DNA of 32,000 bases from Candidatus Saccharimonadota bacterium. Its GTDB lineage: Bacteria; Patescibacteriota; Saccharimonadia; Saccharimonadales; UBA4665. Under the pieces are notes generated by a model. The model ran no database searches and was not told the origin of the DNA. It worked only from the letters and a program-made list of their open reading frames with translations. Position numbers and translations under genes: made by a program. The stretch covers positions 60,001-92,000 of the forward strand of contig CP064993.1 in the NCBI GenBank assembly GCA_016699955.1. The letters run 5' to 3'. This document shows, one piece after another, positions 1-7,855 of the stretch (its first letter is position 1; each line of letters starts with the position of its first letter).

Positions 1-156
1 GAGTACACTGCCGTTTTCACCGGTACCGCCGCCCATAAAAGCAAACAGCAGAAATACTACCAGGCCGCCCACGCCAGTTAGCGCAATACCACCTGTGCCT
101 ATTCCCCGCCGATCTTCTACGTTGCCGGTACTGCCAATCTTATCCCATAACGCCAT
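1..156 (-). CDS. YpfJ-like putative neutral zinc metallopeptidase, N-terminal part only (gene continues beyond the left edge)
   Basis: Reverse translation from the ATG at 156-154 gives MALWDKIGSTGNVEDRRGIGTGGIALTGVGGLVVFLLF... This matches the conserved N-terminus (NVEDRRG followed by a TM helix) of the PF04228/YpfJ family. An AAGGAG Shine-Dalgarno (ctcctt at 165-170 on +) lies 8 nt upstream. Confidence 0.6.
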   Translation of the reverse strand, partial: MALWDKIGSTGNVEDRRGIGTGGIALTGVGGLVVFLLFAFMGGGTGENGSVL

Positions 157-215
157 AAGCCAAACTCCTTTGTCCGTTCAGTGTACTACGTTTATGTAAA
201 CTCTGCATTTTATTA

Positions 216-221
216 TATAAT
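216..221 (+). promoter_or_regulatory. -10-like hexamer TATAAT, 8 nt upstream of ATG 230
   Basis: TATAAT at 216-221, no SD before the ATG at 230. Part of the recurrent -10/start-codon pattern described in findings. Confidence 0.4.
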
Positions 222-229
222 AATGCTTA

Positions 230-820
230 ATGTTGTCTCTTGAAGCAATCCAGCTTGACCCACAATTAAAGCGTGTGCCTAAAAAAGCAATTATCATTGT
301 CGGTAGCGTAACGCTTGCTTTGTATAAAGAACTAGCGGGGATAGAAAAAGCCGATAGATATCTGTCGATAGACGATTTAGATATATGTGTCGACGAGACT
401 GTGTACGATGAGCTTTACCTGAACTCAAAACCAAAAGCGCTTATACGCCCAGGTGATGATAGCTGGGTTCAAAACCGTTATCGCAACGTGGAAACGCTTC
501 GGCGTGAACATAAAGTTGACGGCCTTAAGAGGCTAGTTCAGCTTGATGTTGGTCCAACAGTATTCCGCTGGTCGCACGAGGAAGTGCTGACAGATGCCGT
601 TATGCGGCCAGGTAAGGATGGAAACGACTACAGCATCCTAAATCCTTTACGACAACTTGCCTGGTACGAAGCACTCGGTCGTAAAAAAGACCAAGTTAAG
701 ATTGAGATGCTGCGCGATTTAATACTCCCCCGTTTTGCCGACAGAGAAGACCTTACGCTACCAATTCCGCCTGAACTCTCTCATTCACGCATTTCGCACT
801 TTAACCCCCAACCTGCATAA
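230..820 (+). CDS. Hypothetical protein, possibly nucleotidyltransferase-fold; C-terminal tail replaced by IS-derived sequence
   Basis: 196-aa ORF. A weak NTase-like pattern (VGS...DDLDICVDE) is the only family hint. From codon 186 onward the ORF reads into the left inverted repeat of the IS at 786. Removing the IS restores a tail ...ELSHLAEEVLNPR with a stop at 1902-1904. Confidence 0.5.
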   Translation: MLSLEAIQLDPQLKRVPKKAIIIVGSVTLALYKELAGIEKADRYLSIDDLDICVDETVYDELYLNSKPKALIRPGDDSWVQNRYRNVETLRREHKVDGLKRLVQLDVGPTVFRWSHEEVLTDAVMRPGKDGNDYSILNPLRQLAWYEALGRKKDQVKIEMLRDLILPRFADREDLTLPIPPELSHSRISHFNPQPA

Positions 821-1870
821 TTAGTAGCAGGGCGTTAGCCCTGCAAAACTAAGCAGGATAAAATAAACATGTCTCGATCAAAATGTTCTCGCGATCTGTA
901 TTGTGCTTTCTTGGAAGTAACAGCAGATAGATATTCAGCATTGTCACTGAGCGAAGTTGCTCCAGATGGATCGACGCTATCACATGACAGCATCTCTCGT
1001 TGGCTTGCAGACGAAAAGGTACAGCCCAAGGATCTGTGGCAGGCTGCTAAGTCTGAGGTAGCCTCTAAACCTGGTATCCTTGTCTTTGACGATGTAGTCA
1101 TAGACAAAAGTCGTAGTGGTAAGACTGAATTAGTAAACTGGCAGTATGCCGGCTCGAAGCACGACATAACTAAAGGTATTGGTGTAGTTAATGCCTTATG
1201 GCAAACCAGTAAAGAAGACTACATGCCGATGGACTACCGTATATGGAATCCGTCGGAAGATGGCAAGACTAAAAACAACCATTTCAGGGATATGCTGACA
1301 GCTGTAAAACAGCGTCAACTTACGCCTGAAATGGTTGTTGCCGACAGTTGGTATTCCAGTTTAGATAACCTTAAAGCCACTCGCTCTCATGGCTGGGATT
1401 GGGTGATGGGGTTACGTAGTAACCGTTTGGTCAACAAACCACATGTACAGATTAAAACCCTCGAGATACCAGATGAAGGTCTGGTCGTACACCTCAAAGG
1501 ATACGGATGGATCAAGCTATTCCGGTTCGTGACCAAACACGGTCGCACGGATTACATTGGTACTAGCAAGCTCGATCTATCCAGGAGCCAAGTCAAAGAG
1601 TACTTTGAAAGACGTTGGAGCGTCGAAGTGTTGCATCGTGAACTCAAACAAACCTGTGGTTTTACTCGCTGTCTGGCCAACACTGGCCGAGCACAGAGAA
1701 ACCACATTGGGCTCTCTATGCTCACCTGGATACAAAGACACAAGAGAAGATCTCAGGACAGGCTAAACAATATACAAAACAGCATGTACCAACAAAAGTG
1801 GGAGGTCATAAAACCGAGCATCCAGCTAGCGCTGGCTGCTCGTATGCGTGGTTAAGGTGCGAAATGCGTG
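786..1870 (+). mobile_element. Intact IS element, IS4/IS701-superfamily (1085 bp)
   Basis: Terminal inverted repeats match 19/20: CACGCATTTCGCACTTTAAC (786-805) and the reverse complement of 1851-1870 (CACGCATTTCGCACCTTAAC). A direct 5-bp target duplication TCATT flanks them at 781-785 and 1871-1875. A single DDE transposase ORF lies inside. Confidence 0.85.
869..1855 (+). CDS. DDE transposase (IS4/IS701-like)
   Basis: 328 aa. Candidate catalytic residues lie in VFDDVVIDKS and VVADSWYSS. The C-terminal YFERRWSVEVLHRELK fits the Y-(2)-R-(3)-E-(6)-K signature of IS4-type transposases. The ORF ends inside the right IR. Confidence 0.85.
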   Translation: MSRSKCSRDLYCAFLEVTADRYSALSLSEVAPDGSTLSHDSISRWLADEKVQPKDLWQAAKSEVASKPGILVFDDVVIDKSRSGKTELVNWQYAGSKHDITKGIGVVNALWQTSKEDYMPMDYRIWNPSEDGKTKNNHFRDMLTAVKQRQLTPEMVVADSWYSSLDNLKATRSHGWDWVMGLRSNRLVNKPHVQIKTLEIPDEGLVVHLKGYGWIKLFRFVTKHGRTDYIGTSKLDLSRSQVKEYFERRWSVEVLHRELKQTCGFTRCLANTGRAQRNHIGLSMLTWIQRHKRRSQDRLNNIQNSMYQQKWEVIKPSIQLALAARMRG

Positions 1871-1879
1871 TCATTTAGC

Positions 1880-1909
1880 CGAGGAAGTGCTAAATCCTCG
1901 TTAATTTTC
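1880..1909 (+). terminator. Possible intrinsic terminator of the pre-insertion 230.. gene
   Basis: Stem CGAGGA (1880-1885) / TCCTCG (1895-1900) with a 9-nt loop, followed by TTAATTTTC. It overlaps the reconstructed native stop codon (1902-1904). The stem is short, so confidence is low. Confidence 0.3.
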
Positions 1910-1980
1910 AGGCGCCTACAACGGAATATATACTCGACTCAGCACGAGGGCGCTGTGATTACCATCTCACCAGAGTTGAC

Positions 1981-2466
1981 TCACTGACTGTATCGTCCAC
2001 TGGGGCCTTTGTTTACCCACGTTTTATCACCGAAATTGGCGACTATTACATCGGCTAAACCATCGCCTGGAAAATCAATTACAAACGAAGTTACCAGGCG
2101 TGTTCTTTCAGCCTCTTCACGAGCATGGGTTTGTTCCGGAGCCGGAAGTTCAGCCCACTCCCTGATTATCGCTAGTAGATTGTCTGCGAACGGTTTCCAT
2201 CCATCGTGAACATCTAAGGGTTGTGCTCTTGGCTCTTCTTGCCCGGCAGCATCACTATGAGACAAGACGATATTAAGTTGACCACGCTCCAATAATAACG
2301 CATAAAAACCAATAATCCTTCGCTGCTGAAGGCCTGAACCCGGAAAGTCATGGGTGCGGTTTTCGGGTAAAGACATTTGTCCAAAAATACGGGCATATCT
2401 TTCTGCTAATCTCCTAAGCTTTTCGGCGGGCATTACTCCAGGGGGTAAATCTGATTCTGCGGTCAT
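1981..2466 (-). CDS. Hypothetical protein (161 aa), no recognisable family
   Basis: Long ORF with no competing homology-supported ORF. It is co-oriented with, and 70 nt downstream of, 2537..3052. I recognise no motif. Confidence 0.55.
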   Translation of the reverse strand: MTAESDLPPGVMPAEKLRRLAERYARIFGQMSLPENRTHDFPGSGLQQRRIIGFYALLLERGQLNIVLSHSDAAGQEEPRAQPLDVHDGWKPFADNLLAIIREWAELPAPEQTHAREEAERTRLVTSFVIDFPGDGLADVIVANFGDKTWVNKGPSGRYSQ

Positions 2467-2536
2467 GATTGCTTCACTGCCTCGCTTACAATATCCGCAG
2501 CATACACTTATTACCTACGCTAGGCAGTAATATTCC

Positions 2537-3052
2537 TTACGCAGCGGCAGCTTTACGGTAGTATTCTTCGGGACGACGTTCGGGGATCGGCGTAGCTAGC
2601 TTCTCATATTGTTCTCTGGTTAATACTTGAGGTGCGATGCCCTCAGCCGGTTCCTTGCCAGCCAGTATCCTGCCATACTTTTCGCCAATTCTTTTTTCAG
2701 CGCACGCAAGCCCACCAATCATATCTACTGTTTCATTGGACAAACCGCGTTCCCGACTGTCACTTGCCCAGGGTTGTAGTCCTCCACCATCTGGATACCA
2801 TCTGAACGAACGTACATGCGTAACTGTTGTGCCATTTCCCGCTCCAACGGTGAACAGTGCAGACACAAATTGACCACAATCACTTCGTAATTCACGGTTT
2901 AAATAATCAGTCCCCTCTTGCATATTAGGTAAGAGGACCGCTGTCACCGACAAAACAGATCCCCCTAGCCATGGGCTCAGAGCATCGCATAATTCCTGGT
3001 GTGATTCAGGATCAAACCGCGCCTGACCATCTACTTCATATATTTGAGCCAT
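2537..3052 (-). CDS. Hypothetical protein (171 aa), no recognisable family
   Basis: Long ORF with a GGAG SD 5 nt upstream of the ATG at 3052. I recognise no motif. Its start lies only 53 nt from the left end of the IS30-like element. Confidence 0.55.
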   Translation of the reverse strand: MAQIYEVDGQARFDPESHQELCDALSPWLGGSVLSVTAVLLPNMQEGTDYLNRELRSDCGQFVSALFTVGAGNGTTVTHVRSFRWYPDGGGLQPWASDSRERGLSNETVDMIGGLACAEKRIGEKYGRILAGKEPAEGIAPQVLTREQYEKLATPIPERRPEEYYRKAAAA

Positions 3053-3105
3053 TATAACTCCAAACTGTTGTATTGCTGTTTTGCTTTAACCTCCAGGTCC
3101 CTTTG

Positions 3106-4136
3106 AAGTAGGACACTAGCCAGAAAGGCTAGTGCATATGAAACGGTATAGAAAAATCCCTAAAATAAGTCGATCCAAATCTACAATAGTAGCTATGGGT
3201 CAAAAGTATGGTCATTTAAGCTACGAAGATCGAGTAAAGATAGAGCATTGGCACAGGGGCGGCAAAAGTATTCGCTACATAGCGAGCGAGTTGGGGCGTA
3301 GCCCCAATACTATTAGTTATGAATTGAAGAATCTAGCGGTCTCTGGTGAGTATGTTGCTCGTAAAGCCAGTGTCAAGGCATACCAAAAACGCTACTGGGC
3401 GCGTACATCGAGTAATAAGGTAGCAAAAGATAAGACACTGCGCCAATACGTTGACGACAGTCTCGACAAAGGCTGGTCACCTGGTGAGATCGCTGGCAGC
3501 AGTGACTGTCCTGTTTCAAAACGGACTATCTACCGCTATGTCACACTCTATTCCCTGCAGCACAAGCTGTACTTTAAGGGTAAGCCGAAACGGAGAAAGG
3601 CCATGTACCGACGTGGGCTCATTGGCGAACGTAAATGGATTGAGGAACGGATACTGTGCGACGAAGTTGGTCACTACGAGCTTGACTTCATTGTCAGCCC
3701 AACGAGAAGCGGCAGTAAAGCTGTCCTACTGGTGGCCGTCGACACCCTAAGCAAACGAACCCTTATCGAGCTGCTCCCAAACCGAACAAAAAGAGCTCTC
3801 ACGAGCTCTGAAGCGGATGTTTGACGGCATTGTCGTCAAGACCATACTGACCGACAATGACATCGCCTTCACCTACTGGAAACATTTCGAGCAGCTGCTC
3901 GGAGCACCGTTCTTTTCACCCATCCCTACCATAGCTGGGAGAAGGGCTTAGTCGAGAATACGAACAAATGGATACGTCACTTCATACCGAAAAAAACAGA
4001 CCTGAGCACGGTTACCAAAGAAACCATCGCTACAGTACTAGCGTACTTAACGAACGCCCAAGACAAGTCTTGGGCTACAGAACTGCGAATGAAGTATACT
4101 TAGAGAGATTAACAATACAGGTTTAGTGTCCTACTT
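3106..4136 (+). mobile_element. IS30-family element, decayed
   Basis: 13-bp terminal inverted repeats: AAGTAGGACACTA (3106-3118) and TAGTGTCCTACTT (4124-4136). They enclose a frameshifted IS30-type transposase. No clear target duplication seen. Confidence 0.75.
3132..4126 (+). pseudogene. IS30-family transposase pseudogene (at least 3 frameshifts)
   Basis: Frame 1 (3132-3824) has the HTH part and GHYELDFIV (the GHWExD motif). The rest of the protein is spread over other frames: ...KRMFDGIVVKTILTDNDIAFTYWKHFEQLLGAPFF / THPYHSWEKGLVENTNKWIRHFIPKKTDLS...TIATVLAYL / NERPRQVLGYRTANEVYLERLTIQV. The shifts occur near 3790, 3925 and 4055. The stop overlaps the right IR. Confidence 0.8.
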
Positions 4137-4223
4137 GGGGGTATCCTGTACGTAAGAGACGTACCTTATATCCATACTGTTTATACACCGATATGTAAAG
4201 GGCTTGCTGTAATACATCTCACA

Positions 4224-4805
4224 CTAACGTACAAGGTTACGCTGGATGAGCTCGGCAAGAGTAGCGTAATTGCTGGCGCAAATCCATGTGGTGAGCGCTA
4301 CAAGAACTGGCAACACGACGAGCATTTCGCCTTTTTTACCGGTCGTAAAACGTAACCGGCGTAACGGCGGAAACCCAAATTTAAATGGTAGCGGAAGGAG
4401 CCATGGTACGCCTTCTTTGGTTAGGCTATCCATGATGAGGTGAGACACAACACCGGTCAGAAATGCTACCCAAACAAAGTTGATATCAACGTTTGGCATA
4501 ATAGGTTGAATGAATTGCAGCAGGAGCATACTGAGTGCAGCAAAAAGCCCCACGCCAAAAAGCGAATGGCAAAAGAAGCGGTGACCACCCACAAGTGCTC
4601 CAAAAACTCTGCCAAAATACCTCCCAACTGGTAAATTACGCCAAAGGGGAGCGGTCGGCTGGTCTATGTCTGGGGCAATTCCACCAAGCTGATTGGCAAG
4701 TACAGCAGTGAGCCCGGTGGCCACGGTCATTTTTCCGGGAGGCACCGCCAGCACCCACAGCGTCAGTGCGGTCAGCGCGGCAACATCATGTGTTCGTGCG
4801 GTCAT
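4224..4805 (-). CDS. YdjM/YbcI-like membrane-bound metal-dependent hydrolase (DUF457 type)
   Basis: 193 aa, multi-TM, with the His/Asp pattern of the family (GGHRFFCHS ... VVSHLIMDSLTKEGV). Confidence 0.65.
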   Translation of the reverse strand: MTARTHDVAALTALTLWVLAVPPGKMTVATGLTAVLANQLGGIAPDIDQPTAPLWRNLPVGRYFGRVFGALVGGHRFFCHSLFGVGLFAALSMLLLQFIQPIMPNVDINFVWVAFLTGVVSHLIMDSLTKEGVPWLLPLPFKFGFPPLRRLRFTTGKKGEMLVVLPVLVALTTWICASNYATLAELIQRNLVR

Positions 4806-4811
4806 GCAGCT

Positions 4812-4817
4812 AGTATA
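4812..4817 (-). promoter_or_regulatory. -10-like hexamer TATACT, 6 nt upstream of ATG 4805
   Basis: agtata on the + strand is TATACT on the minus strand. The spacer GCAGCT contains no SD. Confidence 0.45.
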
Positions 4818-4850
4818 TAATATATCGAACTCGGCGTCGTTCTTCCCCGA

Positions 4851-6620
4851 TTACAATTCGTTTGCGCCCGCGCTATCCACAGATTCGCTCCGCTCATTTT
4901 TTCTATAAGAACGGAGATACTGACGAAGAATAGTGGCTTTTTTTTCGCCCATGACTCTTTCTAAGTCTTGTTGACGGGCTTGCATGACTCCGCGCACACT
5001 TCCAAATGTCCTAAGTAGTTTTTTGCGCGAGGCTGGGCCAATTGTTGGGATGTCGTCGAGCAAACTGGCAGTCTGCTGTTTAACTTTCAAACTTGAGTGG
5101 TAACTGACGGCAAAACGATGTGATTCATCGCGAATGCGCTGTAAAAGCTTTACAAGATTTGTGCTGTGCGGCAGATTAACCAAAATGAAATCATCCGTTT
5201 CAGTGATGTAGCCTCCGAGTTTGTGCAATATCTCGAGATTAAGAGCAACGTTTGAACCATTCACCGTCTCAATCATTTTTTTATGGGAAGTTGCTCCCCC
5301 CATCTCGGGTATAGCTACCCCTTCGCTCGGTGTCGACTCGCCTTCCCCGGCTCGCTGTTCGCTCGCTTTTGCGCTACGCAGGGGTTCGAGCTTAGTTGCG
5401 TCCTCGTGCGTATGGGCTCCATGTACTCGACTCTTTTTTATAACTATCTGTTCTTCACGTTTAGCTAGGCCAACCATAGGCATCTGTGCTAAACGCGTCA
5501 AGGACGGACCCTGACGCAGCTCTGCGTCAGGGTCCGTCCTTGACGCAGCTTCGTCTCGCGCCCGAATAGCCGCATCTAGTTGGCCTTTACCGCCATCTAT
5601 GAGGAACAGGTTGGGCCTGCTCCAAGCTTTGATATTTTTTTCACTCAGGCGGCGAGTAATGGTTTCGTGCATGTTATAGAAGTCATTGTTATGTTCACGC
5701 CGCGTCTTAAACTTGCGGTACTGCCCTTTGTCGCTGACTCCGTTCGTAAACACAACCATACTTGCAACCACATTTGTGCCTTGCATATGCGAAATATCGT
5801 AGCCCTCAATTCTACGAGGGAATGAATCGAGCCCAAGCAAATCAACCAGCTCACCGAGTGCGTGATCCTTTGAGATGTCCATGAACTCCTTATCGCTAAA
5901 GATAACTTGCTTGCCAAGGTTACGGAGTGCCGTGATTTGGTTCCTTAGCTTCGCCGCTAGCTCGAAGTTTTGCGATTTGCTCGCTGTCTTCATTTCTTTT
6001 TCCACCTGCATAATAATGCGGTCCCGTTTGCCTTCTATAACTGCAATCAATTTGCGCAAATTGGCTCGGTAGTCCGCCATGTTGGTCTTGCCTTCCTCGA
6101 GTCCCGGGTCAAGCCCAAGGTGGTAGTATAAACTGACGCGTTTTTGCCCAGCAGGTTTGGTGTATGCAAAGGGAAAGATGCGCCGTAGCAGTTTGAGTGC
6201 TTGACGTACACTATTGGTGCTAAAGTATGGCCCAAAGTAACGCGCACCGTCATCCAGCGGCCGCCTCGTTGTGCTCACGGTGGGATAATCACTATCATAG
6301 TCAATGCGGATGTAGCTCATCGCCTTATCATCGCGCAGCAGTATGTTGTAGCGCGGCATGTAACGCCGAATCATCTCTGCTTCAAGAAAAAGCGCTTCAA
6401 GCTCGCTCTCTACTTCCATCCAATCGGTGTCGACTATCTCTGCAACAAGTGCCTCAGTTTTTGGGTCACGGTTGCGACTAGCTTGAAAATACTGCCGTAC
6501 GCGGTTACGCAATACCGCCGCCTTACCAACATATATAATTTCACCCGTAGCAGACTTGTGAAAATACACCCCCGGAGTTTTAGGCAGAGATTTCAGCTTA
6601 AGTTCAAGTTGATCGCTCAC
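4851..6620 (-). CDS. uvrC: Excinuclease ABC subunit C (UvrC), GTG start
   Basis: GIY-YIG N-terminus (PGVYFHKSATGEIIYVGKA...RVRQYF), UVR motif (FELAAKLRNQITALRNL), endonuclease core (IEGYDISHMQG, LIDGGKGQL, GLAKREE, RIRDESHRFA) and a C-terminal (HhH)2 (LDDIPTIGPASRKKLLRTFGS). Confidence 0.95.
   Translation of the reverse strand: MSDQLELKLKSLPKTPGVYFHKSATGEIIYVGKAAVLRNRVRQYFQASRNRDPKTEALVAEIVDTDWMEVESELEALFLEAEMIRRYMPRYNILLRDDKAMSYIRIDYDSDYPTVSTTRRPLDDGARYFGPYFSTNSVRQALKLLRRIFPFAYTKPAGQKRVSLYYHLGLDPGLEEGKTNMADYRANLRKLIAVIEGKRDRIIMQVEKEMKTASKSQNFELAAKLRNQITALRNLGKQVIFSDKEFMDISKDHALGELVDLLGLDSFPRRIEGYDISHMQGTNVVASMVVFTNGVSDKGQYRKFKTRREHNNDFYNMHETITRRLSEKNIKAWSRPNLFLIDGGKGQLDAAIRARDEAASRTDPDAELRQGPSLTRLAQMPMVGLAKREEQIVIKKSRVHGAHTHEDATKLEPLRSAKASEQRAGEGESTPSEGVAIPEMGGATSHKKMIETVNGSNVALNLEILHKLGGYITETDDFILVNLPHSTNLVKLLQRIRDESHRFAVSYHSSLKVKQQTASLLDDIPTIGPASRKKLLRTFGSVRGVMQARQQDLERVMGEKKATILRQYLRSYRKNERSESVDSAGANEL
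5497..5544. repeat. Perfect 23-bp inverted repeat (48-bp palindrome, 2-nt centre) inside the uvrC coding sequence
   Basis: GTCAAGGACGGACCCTGACGCAG (5497-5519), then ct, then CTGCGTCAGGGTCCGTCCTTGAC (5522-5544). The arms are exact reverse complements. In the uvrC frame they encode SRTDPDAELRQGPSLT. Confidence 0.95.
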
Positions 6621-6626
6621 TTTCCT

Positions 6627-6632
6627 AGTATA
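6627..6632 (-). promoter_or_regulatory. -10-like hexamer TATACT, 6 nt upstream of the uvrC GTG (6620)
   Basis: agtata on the + strand at 6627-6632. The spacer on the minus strand is AGGAAA. Confidence 0.45.
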
Positions 6633-6703
6633 CCCCGTAAAACTAAAGATCGCCTTGCTATGGCCTTACCCCACTACCAAGCCATGGACATTGGCCATTG
6701 TAC

Positions 6704-6973
6704 TTAAGACGGTTGTTCGTAGTTATCTAGTCCTTGTGCTGCTGACACGTAGTCAGTGTTCCCAATGTCTAGACAGAGAGGTCCCCCAGGTTCAAAAGAT
6801 GCAGGATCAGCCGCAAGTTTTTCTATCCTAAGCTTATATTCATCAGTCGGCCGCATCCACGCAGCAATAGCAATACTGATAACCCTAAGGTACTTAGTCC
6901 AACCTTTAACTACCCTTTGGGGTTCACCTAGCTCGTGGCTGACTTTGCTTTCTTCCGAATGTTCAGAAGACAT
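6704..6973 (-). CDS. Hypothetical small protein (89 aa)
   Basis: It is the longer of the two mutually antisense ORFs filling the gap between uvrC and the DUF1295 gene. It has its own -10-like TATAAT 7 nt upstream of the ATG. No family recognised. Confidence 0.4.
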   Translation of the reverse strand: MSSEHSEESKVSHELGEPQRVVKGWTKYLRVISIAIAAWMRPTDEYKLRIEKLAADPASFEPGGPLCLDIGNTDYVSAAQGLDNYEQPS

Positions 6974-6980
6974 ATGTATT

Positions 6981-6986
6981 ATTATA
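6981..6986 (-). promoter_or_regulatory. -10-like hexamer TATAAT, 7 nt upstream of ATG 6973
   Basis: attata on the + strand at 6981-6986. Confidence 0.4.
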
Positions 6987-6994
6987 GAATACTG

Positions 6995-7855
6995 TTAATG
7001 TTTACGCAATGGCAACAGAACTCGGGTAGTTTTGACATACCCATGCCAACCCTCACGTTTTCGGAGGCGGGTTTCTTTGGGAGGAATGCCGGAAATATAG
7101 ACAATGAGGTAGGTAATAACCGCTGCACCGCCAGTGCCTACCCAGCCATGAGGCGTACCGAGTGACATAATGGCAATGCCCCACCACACGGTCAATTCCC
7201 CAAAGTAATTTGGGTAGCGGGCGTATTTCCATAGCCCATTTGTCATGAGCTTACCCTTGTTTGCCGGTTGCGCCACAAAAAAAGCCAGCTGCCTATCAGC
7301 CACCACTTCGCACACAAAGCCAACTGCCCATACCCCAGCCCCTACAAATGCCCACCAAGTCCACGAAACTCCGTTGCTTATGTTTATATGTATTGCTGGG
7401 ATACTTACAAATAGTGCTAGTAGCGACTGCACAACATAAATGCGCAGATAGGCGTTTACGGCAACACTACCTTTCCATTTATGCATAAGCTGCACATAGC
7501 GCTCATCTGTTGTGGAAGAATGCAAGAATCGCCGGCCTATGTGCCAGGCGAGGCGAAGCCCCCACACAATAATTAGTGCCGTAACAACCGTCTGCGGATT
7601 AAACCCGACACTACTACCGCCAATTCCATACGCCGTAACGGCGATGGCTATTATACTCAAGCCCCACGCAGTGTCGACAAGATCGAAACGTTGCCGCGCA
7701 AGCGCCGCAGCATACACCAGGGTCAGGAATAGGAGGCTAACTAACCAGCAAACAGCCACACGCGCCAAAACTTCACCGAACATGTCGTTTTGTAAAAGCA
7801 CGGTCACGGCTGCGGCCACATACACCACAAAAAAGAACTCAAAAGCGCGTTTCAT
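6995..7855 (-). CDS. DUF1295 / steroid-5-alpha-reductase-like membrane protein
   Basis: Multi-TM protein with the family signature NGLWKYARYPNYFGE. The start is set to ATG 7855 (MKRAFEFF...), which overlaps the upstream stop as TAATG. The longer ORF to 7915 would overlap the upstream gene by 60 nt. Confidence 0.75.
   Translation of the reverse strand: MKRAFEFFFVVYVAAAVTVLLQNDMFGEVLARVAVCWLVSLLFLTLVYAAALARQRFDLVDTAWGLSIIAIAVTAYGIGGSSVGFNPQTVVTALIIVWGLRLAWHIGRRFLHSSTTDERYVQLMHKWKGSVAVNAYLRIYVVQSLLALFVSIPAIHINISNGVSWTWWAFVGAGVWAVGFVCEVVADRQLAFFVAQPANKGKLMTNGLWKYARYPNYFGELTVWWGIAIMSLGTPHGWVGTGGAAVITYLIVYISGIPPKETRLRKREGWHGYVKTTRVLLPLRKH

Noticed and set aside
786-4136. A composite transposon formed by the IS4/IS701-like and IS30-like elements carrying the two unknown genes.
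   Set aside because: The two IS belong to different families. The left one also has its own perfect 5-bp target duplication, which shows an independent simple insertion.
5340-5380. Possible relatedness between the uvrC low-complexity insertion (…gttcgctcgcttttgcgc…) and the intergenic 21345-21366 (…cttcgctctcgctcgcttagcgc…).
   Set aside because: Only about 10 nt of simple CGCT-rich sequence is shared, which is too short and low-complexity to call homology without a search.
5512-5550. A simple template-switch or duplication origin for the uvrC palindrome, suggested by the direct repeat TGACGCAGCT at 5512-5521 and 5541-5550.
   Set aside because: The repeat period is 29 nt, which is not a multiple of 3. 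A single duplication-inversion of that unit would break the intact uvrC frame. The origin remains open.
6201-6707. A 168-aa plus-strand ORF, plus many 60-120-aa ORFs inside uvrC, uvrA (for example 24898..25266), obg, sbcB, the ABC genes and the LysM-CHAP gene (30222..30788).
   Set aside because: All are antisense or out of frame within genes that have unambiguous family motifs, and none has start signals of its own.
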